DNA of 64,000 bases from Octopus vulgaris. Taxonomy: Eukaryota. The stretch's first letter is position 1. Each line of letters opens with the position of its first letter. Where the stretch lies: the NCBI GenBank assembly GCA_951406725.2, contig OX597825.1, forward strand, positions 38,564,001 to 38,628,000, given 5' to 3'. A program made the translations under genes and the position numbers. Positions 1-13,699 of this stretch are shown one piece after another. The notes beneath the pieces were generated by a model that saw only the letters and a program-made list of their open reading frames with translations, had not been told where the DNA came from and ran no database searches.

Positions 1-228
1 ATTTTCATTTTAACAGTTATCTTTTCAAAGCTATAATGGAAGTGACAAACAAGCATATTCAACAAAAAGCATATTCGACCAAGTGCACGTTCGCATGAGT
101 TCAATTAAGGCAACAAGGCAACAGAAAGTGCGAGGAATATTAATGCAGTATATGGGGATCGGACAATAAGCGTAAACCAGTGTCAACAGTTGTTCCAGAA
201 TTTCCAAGCTGAAAACTACAGTCTAGAA
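1..228 (+). mobile_element. Decayed mariner (Tc1/mariner) transposon, 5' part of transposase (N-terminal HTH region)
   Basis: From ATG at 36 the broken frames read MEVT.KHI...HEFN*GNKATESARNINAVYGDRTISVNQCQQLFQNFQAENYSLE, matching the mariner N-terminal HTH pattern; stop, frameshift and a short tandem duplication (aagcatattc) show decay. Confidence 0.8.
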
Positions 229-560
229 TTATAAAAAAAAACGCATTATTTACGGGATGATCCAATACAAATATATGCCAAACTTTAAAAATAGCCCGGA
301 TATATCTGTCAGTGTCAACGAGGATAGAATTGCTTTGCCATTGAAATCAGGAACAGACCAAAGATTTCTGGGAAGTATACGTGTTGTTGGAGTTATTGTC
401 TGCACCTCTCTTATATTCTACTTTTCTGATTCTTCCCTTCATTTAAACCCGAAGTGTCTCTTATTTCTACACATGCGCCTAATGAGAATTTTCACTGTAA
501 TTGCTAGGTTTCTGAATTTGTAATTTTCAATATTTTCTGGATAAAATTGAAATCGTTAGG

Positions 561-592
561 ACGTGCATGTTCATCTACATGAACATGCACGT
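561..592. repeat. Perfect 14-bp inverted repeat with 4-nt loop
   Basis: acgtgcatgttcat-ctac-atgaacatgcacgt read directly. Confidence 0.9.
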
Positions 593-2141
593 ACTGAAGT
601 GACGGCTCTGAAAAGAGAGCTTGCAATCTCTTGGCAGTTTGCTACAGATATGACGAGCCACGAATCTAAATCCTCATACATGCCCATCACCGTTATCTTG
701 CTAATTTCCATATATTGCGTAGCGGTCAGTTTAATTCTTGTGTCCACCTGCTTGCCCTTCACTTTAACTTTGTATCAAATTCAGTAATTGAGGCGAAGCT
801 CTAACACGCCTTTCATCTGTTAAATTCGATGGAAGTTAACACTGTGGTATAAGATGGACAGAACACATGGCCTCTGCCTACCCAAGCAAATGCGGAAGCA
901 TCCGATTGCTCATATGTTTGTGAGTGTCTATAATATTCATAATCGGAATAGTAACGAAAATGCAAATTGCTAATATAAGAATTAGTTTCACTAAAACGAC
1001 AAAGAGAAAAGTGTCCTTTAAATTCTATATATGTGTACGTATACACACTTACATACATACATACATATATATGTTTCTGTATATACATACACATACATAC
1101 ACAGACGCACACACACATACCTGTTTGTGTGGTGTTTTGTAAATGTCACGGCAAAATTCAGAACGATGCTTTTAATATCTCTATGACAAAAACACACAAG
1201 GTAAGAGGAAAAGACATCCTTGTTACTATAGTAACATTTACGGAATGACAAACATTGAATAGATAATTTCGAAACGATAAACGAATATGAAGTTATATAA
1301 ATTATAAATTCTGAATACGAGGAAAGGAATTCATGCCATTTTATTCTCGCATTAATGTATTGTATCAAAGAAAGTATTAAAATATAACAACTGAATGTTG
1401 CATAATATATTTAACTAAATATATATATTTAGAATGCCACATTCCCCATCATAAAACACTATTTATGGAACCAATCAATTTGCAAGTATTCTAACTGAAA
1501 GGAGCATAATAACTAAATATAATGTTACCAAGATATGAGAAGCAAGAAAATATGTAGTTGGTGATCTCTACACTAAATTTTAATAAGTGTCAAATTATCA
1601 TTTAGTATTGAAAAGAAAATATTTTTCATGTTTATCAGCACAATAAATTTCGACTCATAAAGGAATTAAATGCATAGTATATATAAACTTTGCATATAAT
1701 ATATATGCATATGTGATTGCGTGTTTATAAGTGTATTTACAGAAATAGATACATATGTATGGTATACGCAACACATACTCATGCACGCACATTCATACAC
1801 GTATACATGTATATATGTGTAAATTCACATCTGGCAATGTACAAAAGAAAGTATGACTAAGTGAGTTTGAAATGATTTATGCAAATGAAATATCATTTCT
1901 TAAAATCGAACCAAAAGGAATGCATTGAACAAACCTAGATTAATGTATATTAATTATTCATATATTCCTTTTCACAGATGTTTAAAAGATAACTCTTTGG
2001 TGGGTGATTATACTGAAATATTTATGTCATTTGCGTATAAAAAATTATAGCATTTTAAAAATTCTACTTTTCCCGTTACTCACTACCATTTCCTTCGTTT
2101 TTTTATATATGACTCTGCATTTCGCTTCTTCTTTTTTGCTT

Positions 2142-2264
2142 TTCTTCTTCTTCTTCTTCTTCTTCTTCTTCTTCTTCTTCTTCTTCTTCTTCTTCTTCTT
2201 CTTCTTCTTCTTCTTCTTCTTCTTCTTCTTCTTCTTCTTCTTCTTCTTCTTCTTCTTCTTCTTC
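2142..2264. repeat. (TTC)n/(GAA)n microsatellite, about 41 uninterrupted units
   Basis: Read directly; source of the poly-F and poly-K ORFs. Confidence 0.98.
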
Positions 2265-3064
2265 ATCGCTTTCTTATTTGCCATCGTAGGAGTAGAAATT
2301 TTTTTTCTTCTTCTGTTTCAGTGACCTTAGTGAAGGAATGTCTAAGATCGATGCGTTGAGATATTATTAGCCGAAATTATTTCATGTGGAACCAAACTCT
2401 CTTAAATATGTCCAAGTAAAGCTTTGAAGAAGATGTTAATGGTGGAATAGGTGATAATAATTTCAATTAAATTTTATAAAAGGGAAATGATGCTGCGAAA
2501 TTGATTTGGCTCAGTGAAAATGCATCTACAATCTCACGGCAAGAACTCAGAAACAGCTTTTCCGTTTGGTGTATCAGTATAACTTTGTTGTGTATTTGAT
2601 TGCTTCATTATTCCCCCTAAATTGTGACCCTTCCAATTTGTGGTTCCTTTCTCACCATTCTTCTGTTGTTCACAGCTCATTGTATTCTATTTTCTTATTA
2701 TTACGTCACCCTTTTAAAAAATTTCTTCACGTTGCTCCTAATTAGTTGATCTCGACTTCGTCATCTCTTCTTTGCGGTTTCTTGCCAATAATTTAAGTCC
2801 CTTATATAATTGTTATCTTGAATATTATTGCAGTTGTCATTGTTAGTGTTTGTGTTATTTTAGTAATTTAATATTTTATGATCGACTAACAATACTACTA
2901 CATGGATTTCTTCGTCTTATACTACCTGAATTGAAACTGCTTTTTCCAATGATGCTTTATACTATTCACGAATCTAAAGAGTTAACTTACTGGCATGTAT
3001 TCGCAGGACAAGAAAATGAATGCATTCGTGAGTAAATTACCTAAGTATCCCGAACTGATCCTTA

Positions 3065-3380
3065 CTAATACAGGTACGATGACTAGATTATTTTTCACAG
3101 GTGTTGTATTCGATAATATGTACCCTAGTACTCAATTGGTACTAATTTTATCGATTTTATGAACGGAGAAAATGCAATGTCGGCATCAGAGGAATATGAA
3201 TTCTGAATGTGAGTTCGGGATATATGTCACTAAGTATGTTTTCCGGTCATGCTGACGATGTTACCACCTAACCACTTTTAGTATTCCAACATAACTGTTT
3301 CTGTTGTTGGCACAAGGCATGACATTTTGTGGGAAGTGGATAGACAAATAGAGTGGAAGCAATTCTTGTCTGGTACATTG
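3065..3380 (-). mobile_element. Degenerate tRNA-derived SINE (same family as 10831, 47101, 61814) plus a second adjacent 3' fragment
   Basis: Reverse complement resembles the other copies: agtactcaattggtactaattttatcga, ggaatatgaattctgaatgt, ctaagtatgttttccggtcatgctgacgat, ttggcacaaggc. Confidence 0.65.
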
Positions 3381-6300
3381 AAAACCAATGGAAGCAGGGC
3401 TAATTAATACTAAAGATGGAAATAACCATTACGCTGGTGTGAGAAGAATTTTATTTAGAAAATTTCTTTACAAGCAAAATTATATTTCCAAAGGAAATCT
3501 AGACTGTATTTTACATGTTTTAATAAAATTCAGTTTCAATTATAGTAATAATGTAAAGCGATTAGCTTATTTAGTAGGCTTTAATAAAATTTTTGCATTC
3601 AAAAAGTTATACGCTTAGCTTTACTTATACCATTAAATATACTTGAATGTAATACGAATCAATTCATTTGTGAAGTACATTGTTACAAAGGGATTAGACC
3701 ATTAAATCTTTTTTAGTCTTTAATCTGTTTACATATTTATAAAAGAAAGACATTTAATGAATATATTATGTGGATTAAACTATGTTTTCTTTTATAAATT
3801 GTGATTATATACTAAAATTGCATAAATATAAGCTTGATCAGGAAATGAGTATTCAAGTCATTGAAAATGTAATCTTGTGTCACCAATGAACTACGTCATA
3901 CGCTGGAGGAAATGTATTTAATTGCAATTTTAATATATGGGTGAGTGACAGCTGAGATGCTTTCTGTATTATCAAAATGAAGAAGTCATAAGATAAGCTT
4001 GTACTGTGTCCTTATCTTCATACTTTATCAGTTGAAATTTTGATTCGTGTATTCTTTTCCTTTATCACGAATATTTCATGAAAAGATATGTTAGCATATA
4101 TGTTATCATTAAACATGTAGTTATACTATAGTTGCAATTCTTAATTATGTTGTCTGTGATATCATAGTTGTTGACGCACACAGAATTAACAACGACGCCT
4201 GTCGTTGATTTTAATTAATTGTGTACATATTATTTCTTTGTTATATCAACAGCTGACTAGATGTATGAATTGCTGTCGTACTTCCAGCTATAAATATTTT
4301 GTTTTTACATTACTTATGTTAATAATTGGATTATTGATAATAACGCGGTTATCATTTGCGTCATTGCGCTTTTAAATGTTACTCATGATTCTAGGTGGAA
4401 AAGTTCGAATGACACACTCATTTTTGATGTTCTCTTTATCTTTCATTTTCTTCTCGTTTTGCTATTTATGGTGACGTTATATGTGACTTTAGTATATCCT
4501 ACACAACATAGATAAAATTACTTCACTCTACTCAATATAAAAAGAACATGCCTACAAAATCTATTTGTGATGCCTGCTTCAGTGAGTAATTACATCTATC
4601 CATAATGTTTATAACTACATACAATCTATCTCCTACGCTCAGTAGAAGCAACATGTATTTTACATACTACTTCTAGCATTTGTGTTACTGTGTCATGTTG
4701 ATGATTTTTCCCGCCTAGACATATTTTCCTAATCAATAACTTGCCACAAATAAACATACAGTGATGCAAACATACACGCAAGAACACAAAAAAATATTTA
4801 TTTATCCGCACTCTCGCATATAGAAAACAAACACACAGATACATGTTCCATTATACTTCCAATGGCCGCATTGCATTAGCTTTAAACCATGATATATAGG
4901 TTGAGGCTATGATCTTCCCGTGCATTTTGACGTTATGTTTCAAGCCTAACTTTAATATTATTTTTGATATTCGTGTAAGCGTTAGTATCACATCCGTTGG
5001 CCAAGGGCCTCCAGAAATGTGTTCTCTTATTCTGACAATAGAAACTTTTACCAACAATTGCTAATGTCATTTTATCTCACATTAGATACGGTCTTCCTTA
5101 TATCATTCTTTCAGTAACACGTGCAGTATTTCTTTCTAATACCTTTGTACTATTTACCTGATATATTTCAGATTTATCTTACGTTGAAATGAAATATTAT
5201 TTTCAGAGAATCGGTAGTATCAATCTTACAATAACTGAGACTCTTATGTCTTAAGTGATCCGCATTTCAGTAGGTCAATGTTTTAATATTTGTAACGGTG
5301 AACTTGTAGATATTGTCACATGTTTATCATAGATTGTTTTATTTTCCCCTGTACGTTTGTATTCTAAATACCCTCAGTATTAATTCTTGGCTTGGTGGCT
5401 GACTAGTGTTTACATTGCTTGATTCAATCTAATCTATTTCTTCCACTAATTTGTAAATTTACCATCTTAGAACATAATGTTTAGCAGTATTAATTATTGA
5501 AATACCTGCAATCACATAATCAAGTTCAGAATTAAGTGTCGTGAATACATTAAGTATATTTTGACGAACAATAGAGAGGGAGAGAGAGATTTTATGATTG
5601 TGGTAGTCGTGATGAAGTGTAATCACATCCATAATACATAGATGTCAGTGTTTCTTACTTTTTATACTATAAATACATCATATTATCACGTTTACTCCCT
5701 AAATACTGTTGTTTATGTGTTACCGATTGTTGATCATGTCAATGTTTACTTTTGTCGGAATCCAAGTTAGATGTAAATAATGTATAAATGCCCTATAAGT
5801 CAAAAATACTTCCAAAGAAAACCAATAAATAAATAATTCATAGTTTTTTAAAATTTATCCTCTATGAAGAAGAGATGATTCTTGTAGTTTTCACGTATTT
5901 ATTACATTGAAAAAGGTATGAAATATGATATATTTTGACGTAGATCTAATACATGAATATAATATCACAAATATTACGCCGTCATTTTCTAAGACGTGTA
6001 GTATTTATATGCTACTTTAAAGTATATATGATGCGCGCAAAAGAGAGGAGGAGAGAAATTTTAAGATAAAGATATTTCTGAATATATACCTGCTTACTCA
6101 AAGTTTAATCCATATTAGATAATAATTTTCACACTCTTGGCAATGTTTATCTGCATTAGTAAACGTTATAAGACCGAAATGAATTAAATAATTAGTGTCT
6201 GATACATGACGTGCTGCTGTACAGCTATACTCTAATTGTTCAGACTTGCTGAGTTTCGAATTTAAACATCAGAGGTTTATAATTTACCTTTAAAATATAC

Positions 6301-7086
6301 GGGTTGTTGATGTACAGTATAGAAACAACTATTGGTGTGAATACATTTTCTTTCTTTCTTTCTTTTTTCCTTTCTGTCTGTCTTTCTCTTTCTTTCTGTA
6401 TTTCTTTCTCAGAGTCGGAATTTTTGCGCCGAGGCCAGCAATCAAGCTACTATTATCTTCTAGTAACCTGAAGAGAGTCCAGCCACAAGAGAGTATATCT
6501 CATCTAACATTCGAGAAAAATAGACGGGGACTAAACTGAACTGCTTTATTTAATCTTTAAAAATAAACATAGTCACTTCTGATGCATCTCAATATATATC
6601 TCCTGCGTTCTGTACTAATTCAGAACAAATTAATAGAAACGTGTTAAAATTCAGAAATACTGAATGCCGTGAGAGGAATACATTTGCGTATAAAATATCC
6701 GTGCATCAAGGGCCACGAATTACAATTACTATGAGACTAATAATAATTCATTAAAGTATAGACTCATTAATTTTAAGTAGAAAGAGAATATATAAATAAA
6801 GTTGAAGATAATACATATACTTGTACACATAGAAATAAAAGAAAGACACACATACATCACAAACTTCATCCCACACACACGTACGTAGACACAGAGCCAT
6901 ATATACACGTTCACACACATACACACATATATATTATCATAACACCTCTATCGAGAAGGCTGTCATCCCGCGATATTGTGGCAATTTAGCCGGTGAGGGA
7001 TTGATTTATACAAATAAATAAAATCTGTATTCAGAATAATCTTCCACTACGTGAACAACAAACACGTGTGTGTGTGTGTATGTTTT

Positions 7087-7130
<44 letters not shown>

Positions 7131-9801
7131 TGTGTGTGTATATGTGTGTGCGTGTGCGTATATCAAATTGAATGTTTGTATTTTTACTTGTATCATTTAC
7201 ACATTTCCTAAATACCGAGAGCGGCTCTCACGTATATACATGATTTTATAATTAATGTAAGATTCATAAAAAAAAATCCCTAATAATATTTCTCGATATT
7301 AGTTCTGTAAGGCCTGCCGCCGGAACAGAAATCTTTTTCTGCTGAATATAACACGAAGCGCGAATTAAGATATATTATATATGTTCATCTCAAGTGAATG
7401 ATCAAAATATACTGTGTTTTACTTCGCAAATCCAAAGGCAAAACATACCAAGAGCTCGGAGAGATATTTTACATAAGGTATATGTATTGCCTCCATGTGT
7501 GAATGGATCACTGTCTGCAATATAATAATGTAACCTCGTATTTTACTCTCCCACTTTTATGCCACAGGACATACCAGCATATTTACAATGAAAAAGCTGT
7601 AGAGTGCATAATTTCCTTCAGGTTGTTATCGTTATTGATATATTTCGACATATCTAGGATGTGACACCATTTGTTTGGTAAATGCAATTATATTCCCTTA
7701 TATAATTGTTTTTTTTTAAATATTTGTTCTCATACTCAGCACGTTGTTTAAATGTATATGTATAAAGTAAAGTTTTATGAAACCTCATTATCTCACACGC
7801 GTGTGTAACCGCTCTCTTATCCAGGAGATAATACAGTTCTCAATGTACAATCTAAGGTAGACATAAAATATGGTTACTTTCTTTGAAATTTTGGAAAAAG
7901 AATCGCTAATTTCTTACAAACCAATACACTATAAAAAATAATTCTATGTATATCGATGATAGTGGTTATGCCAATATGCCTACACGTCTACAAATTGAAA
8001 AGTTGATATTGAAATGAAAAAGTATGCTCATAAAAATATCACACACACATGCATATTAATTTGCCTACATACACTCAGATACACGTACATTTGCCAAAGA
8101 AAACACATAAACGGAGACATACATATTTGTTATCAACAAATGCATCTAACATTTTAAATGAATATTTTCTCTCTATTGCGTCACCTTTTGGTATTATAAT
8201 CTGGTGGTGAAATATATTTCAAGACAGGCAAAAATTACCTTGATATAGGCTTTGTTGCTCCCAACCTAATGGAGAAAATGTTGAATAAGAACTATCTCGT
8301 TTCAAATGCAACAAAGATTAATGAAGATATTGGTGAGAATGGCACAACAAAGGAGTAAAGGAAATGAATATTTCTTTTTTATATTTATTAAATTTTCATA
8401 GAGAGACATTACGCCGAGCCATTAACAATTCTATGAATAAGTCACGAAAATTGAGCAGAAAAGAAGGCAATGACGGTCATTTTCATAATGGATAAAGACA
8501 TCTATAGATTATGCGCCTGGAATTTAAATCTTATAATAGGAACGGAATATCAAATGAGATCTAAAGATCGGAATGGGCTTGAAGTCGACGTGTAATTTAA
8601 AAAAAAATTATTTAAGAAATCCTATTATTATTTAATGGGTAAAAGGAGAAAAGGTATATGCACATATAGAAAATCATTCAAACTTACTTTGGTACACGCA
8701 TGCAAGACTGCATTAAAATGTGTGCGTATAGATATGTATATATGTATGTGTGTGTATAGATATGTATACATGTATGCATGTATGTATGTATGTGTACGTA
8801 TGTGTGTGTACGTTGTGTGCGTGTACATGAATATTTATGTAACATTGGGTGTGCCTATATATATGAATGTATATATTCTTCTAATTTAATGCCAATGCCA
8901 AGAATATTTTAAAGAATATATAATTATACCTGTGAGCATGTATATATTGTATGTGCATTCCCATTTATTCACACATACGCATACATAAACACACACATAT
9001 ATATGTATATATAAATATATTAATATATATATATGTGTTTGTGTGTGTATGTGAGTGTATACACAAAAACATTCACATATATGTAACTAGGTAGTTGTTT
9101 ATCTAACTGCATTTAAGTAACTAAATATCTAGTTGTGCCTAGATACATGTATACATGTATGTATATATATATATACATATATATATACCTATGTGTGTGT
9201 GTATGTGTGTGTGCGTGTGTGTGTGTAGTGTGTACATATAGACTGATTGATTGAGAGAGAGAGAGAGATGACAGTATATTATAACCCAGCAGTGTATAAG
9301 TAAATCGTTTCTAAGGTATCTATGACCTTGTTATTCATTAATGATTGTTCAAAGAAACTGAAATAAGTATCAGGTGCTTCCCTCTTTACGATATTCTCAG
9401 GCGGCATTCGAGGCCTCATTTAATTACTTTTCCTATTCCATTGCATATGATATTCCAGCACTCTATACTTCACTTGAAATCAGTGCCTTAATTTTGAGAG
9501 ATTTTAGAAATAATTATTTACACCTGAGTAGATTAGAATTCACTGACAATAAAGATAATATGCACTTGAACCCCACTTAAGACAGTAGGCATATATTACA
9601 TCTCGTTTAATGTTTACATGACAGGATTTTAAAAAATATCTTAAACATGTTCAGTTAAATGTGGAAAATAGTATGAAGTGTTGGTGTATCTTATTGCAAC
9701 GATATATTCTGTGGACACCGTAAGTTATCCTTTCTGAAAGTCATCAGTTTGTTCACCTATATTTAAGTGTGTGTGTATTTCAAACTCTCTCTTTCTCTCT
9801 C

Positions 9802-9906
<105 letters not shown>

Positions 9907-10026
9907 TAGTAAAAAGTGAAAAAACTACAGAAGGCGTGTTTTAAAAGGTTAAAGAATATATATTTAAGTCAATATGTCTCAAGAATATTATAAATTATTT
10001 TCTTTTCTTACAATGACATAGTTTAG

Positions 10027-10065
10027 AAGAAAGACCGGTTTCGCGTTTAGCTTTTCAAATTTCTT
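10027..10065 (-). ncRNA. Minimal type I hammerhead ribozyme motif (Penelope terminal-repeat type)
   Basis: Minus strand AAGAAA-T-TTGAAAA-GC-TAAAC-GC-GAA-ACCGGT-C-TTTCTT: stem I AAGAAA/TTTCTT, core U3-U-G-A-A-A8-A, 2-bp stem II, GAAA, palindromic helix III ACCGGT, GUC cleavage triplet. Confidence 0.65.
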
Positions 10066-10126
10066 ACGTCGTTATGTTTATGTTGAGAAGAGTTATCGTT
10101 ATGTTTATGTTGAAAAGAGTTCTAAA

Positions 10127-10217
<91 letters not shown>

Positions 10218-10344
10218 ATATATATATATATATATTTGAAAACCCACTAGAATATAATCCAAATGATATGATATATATGTAAAAAATGTAATATATAAAT
10301 AAATATCTACAAATATGAACCATCTGATCTGATTACCTCAATTT

Positions 10345-10402
<58 letters not shown>

Positions 10403-10830
10403 TATATGTATGTATACATGCATGTATGTATTATGTAAAATATTTATCGTAGTTTATATTTTGTAGTTATCCGCCGACGCCATCAATAATTGTATAGGGA
10501 AATACTCATTTTCTAAGTCAATATTTTTGGGTGGGCGGGTAGGGGATTACTTTTCTATGTAGATTTCAAATTGTCAAAAAAATATACAATTTGTGTGGTA
10601 CTTATTATCTTTCACTTTTATAAAGTAAATTAGTTATTCAATGACGTCGCTGTTGATTGATTGAATGAATGCATTCAGCTGAATTTGATTTAGGCGTTCC
10701 TTTTTGTCAGCGATTTATTAGCATTTGAAAAGTCTTCTTTCAGATGTTTCTTTCGAATTTAACCAATTTGGATTTCCTTCATAATGTTGTGTTGACATAT
10801 ATCTTCGAAGATATCAGTATTAATTTTAAA

Positions 10831-11027
10831 GGCTTCGAGATGGCAGCATCATTAGCACACCGGGCGAATTTCTTAGCGGTAATTCGTAGGTCTTTACGAT
10901 ATGAGTTCAAATTCCGCCGAGGTCGATCTTTTGACTGCCATCCTTCTAGGGTAGGGGTCGACAAATTAAGTTCCAATCCCTTCCCACAATCTTGGGTTTT
11001 GTGTCTAGAGCAGAAACGATTGTTATT
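10831..11027 (+). mobile_element. tRNA-derived SINE (octopus-type family)
   Basis: ggcttcgagatggcagcatcattagcacaccgggcgaa...gagttcaaattccgccgaggtcga...ggggtcgacaaattaag; B-box-like gttcaaattcc; clearly homologous to copies at 47101, 61814 and 62044. Confidence 0.85.
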
Positions 11028-11071
11028 AATTTTAATATTGTTTATATGTATATATATATTTATACATACAT

Positions 11072-11190
<119 letters not shown>

Positions 11191-11589
11191 TGTATGTGCG
11201 TGTGTGTGTGTGTGTTTGTGTTAATGCAACTTAAAACATTGTTAGACTTCTAGTGTTTGATCTAAGGACAAGATACGATTTTCTTCGTACATATTATATA
11301 AAGAGCTAAGGTTTAGAAAGTAGGCGTTAACCGCAGTATCCAAACATTGTTTCAGTGTATGTCCAACTAGTGTGTCTTCAGAGCACGTTCACCGCTTATG
11401 GCTTCTAGGTGTCATCAGCGATACTTTGCATTCATCGTTGGATTTACGTCCAGAAATTCTAGGGGGCACATAGGATATATTTTAAAGATAATAGATAAGA
11501 TGGTGTGTAACGACAAGCATACATTAGTACAACATTTGTTTCGGCTTCTGGTTTCACTGCTCCCTAGCGGGCGTGGAACGATGTAATAA

Positions 11590-11699
11590 TATCAAAAGCA
11601 ACACACAATGCAAGAGAGCTTCTTCAGGTGTCATAAGCATATTATGCCACCTGAAGAGGCTTTTTTCTACACTGTGGGTTACGAAATATATGCCATAAT
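11590..11699. repeat. Inverted repeat of a hammerhead-bearing Penelope-type terminal unit
   Basis: agcttcttcaggtgtcataa pairs with ttatgccacctgaagaggct; the right arm carries CTGAAGA...GAA-ATAT-A with stem I attatgcca/tgccataat. Confidence 0.6.
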
Positions 11700-13500
11700 A
11701 TATATATATATATATATATATGAAAAGTGTGAGTGGGAGAGTAAGAGACAAAGATTCAAGGAGTCTCTGCTGCTTCTACTGCCGCCGCATGGAGGGGAAT
11801 TTTTGACAACTGATTAAAATCTTTAACAAAGGTGATCGCAGCTTGTTCCAAAGACACCTGTTGTTTAGCAAGTGGTAATCTATTCTATTGAATCTAAGAG
11901 CCCTGTTGTCTTCCATGTAGCTGATCTCGATTACTGCACTTCTGGCATATTCCCTCACACCAGTCCTAGAATCGTCCCCGTTTAAAGTATTTCGCTTTTT
12001 AAAAAAAATATGCCACTGCTGAGCAAGAACCGCTATAGTAAGACTGTCACAGATTTGTGTAGAAGAAGGCTTATGGAGACCATGCTCACACACTTCTTGT
12101 AGCCTAAATTAATAAATCATTTTCTTTTATTTTCTAAATTTCTTACTCTCTTTCTCTGTATTTATATGTATCAGTTTTTGCAATAGTTATGTCGTCATAA
12201 ATAGCTTCGATATGGTGACAAATTTGTTTCTAAAATTACGTGTATCTTACATTCTAAGCTAATGCGGGTTGGCAGTAAAGCTAATGCTTGCGGAAACAAA
12301 CTACTTTTTTCATAAAATAGAAAAGTATCTGGGAGACTAACCAGTAATCGTTCAAATAACATCCTTGTGATGACTGTTGACGTGTACATATCTGACAACT
12401 GCGATCACAGTTATCAGATATAAAACCAGAGTTTTATTTGCAGATATATGCTATGGTTTGTCAGAAGAGCTACAAGATTAAATGGATTATACTGGCTGTA
12501 AACTATCCAGAAATAGATTATTTCTATTTCCGTATCGTTTTCATGAGGAATTGCGTATGTTCCCAAGAGAAATTTCAGAGAAAACCTATAAATGTATTCA
12601 AACATATGGATTTACTTCGGTTATACTTGTTTCTTTTTTAGTTTCAAGCTGCAATTTATGTAAGTGAAATGGTGGAAAATATCTCGTATATCGTACATAA
12701 TGAGTGCATTATATAATTGAGGTTATCATAGTGATCTAATATACCATAGAATTTATAGTTGTATTAAATGCAATTGATAACTATAAAAAGTAAACTGGAA
12801 TGTTACTGATAAAACAAAAGCATAACAATATTAAAAGTGATATTGATTATAAAAATAATAATAAGAAGAATATCAGCAATAATTAATGCAATGACAACTA
12901 TAATATTAAAGATAATATTTATGAAAATAATCAAAATATTGCATGACTCATGTTTAAAAAATATAAAACATGAGATAAGTTTTACTACCAGTTTAAATTT
13001 ACAATCGGTTTACTGTGTTACACTATCCTTATAAACTAAGAAATTATTATCAATAAGTTAAGGGAAATTATTACCTTTATAAGTTTATAGTCTTAGATTT
13101 AACTCTCAAATCCCATATTATTTTATACGGCATTGTATATATAGGTATAATTTCATAACAATAACATTACACAACAAAGAGTCTTCTGCAACAGCCTTTA
13201 ATATAAGTCAGTGAAATTACATATATAACGAGCTATTATATCCAATTATGCGACGTTTGGAAGAACATCCTCTCTTCTTAATTTCAGAAAATATCATGTC
13301 CACGTTATCATGAAATATACAGCGACTAACTCTCATTTTGAGACCCTGACAGCTAAGGTGTGCAACCGGCGCAGTGCACGCGATAAATCAGAAGAGTAGC
13401 CTCCAGGAAATCCATTGAGTAAGTACTGTGTGTATAGATATATACATAATTTTGAGTTTGTGTGCATATGTATATATGATATGTAATATGTATATGCATG

Positions 13501-13613
<113 letters not shown>

Positions 13614-13699
13614 ATGCATTTATAGATAGATAAATAGATGGATAGATATATGTTTATATATGTGTGTGTGTTTGAAACAAGAATAGGACTACTGACAGG

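Noticed and set aside
260-920. Possible decayed LTR-retrotransposon gag/protease on the minus strand
   Set aside because: Only vague hints (VKGKQV, GHVFC, FPEIF); no intact diagnostic motif.
8200-8520. Possible very old Penelope pre-RT fragment (AEKKAMTVIFIMDKD)
   Set aside because: One weak motif resemblance only.
11343-11385. Minus-strand CTGAAGA...GAAA hammerhead candidate
   Set aside because: Stem II (cacac/acact) and stem I cannot pair.
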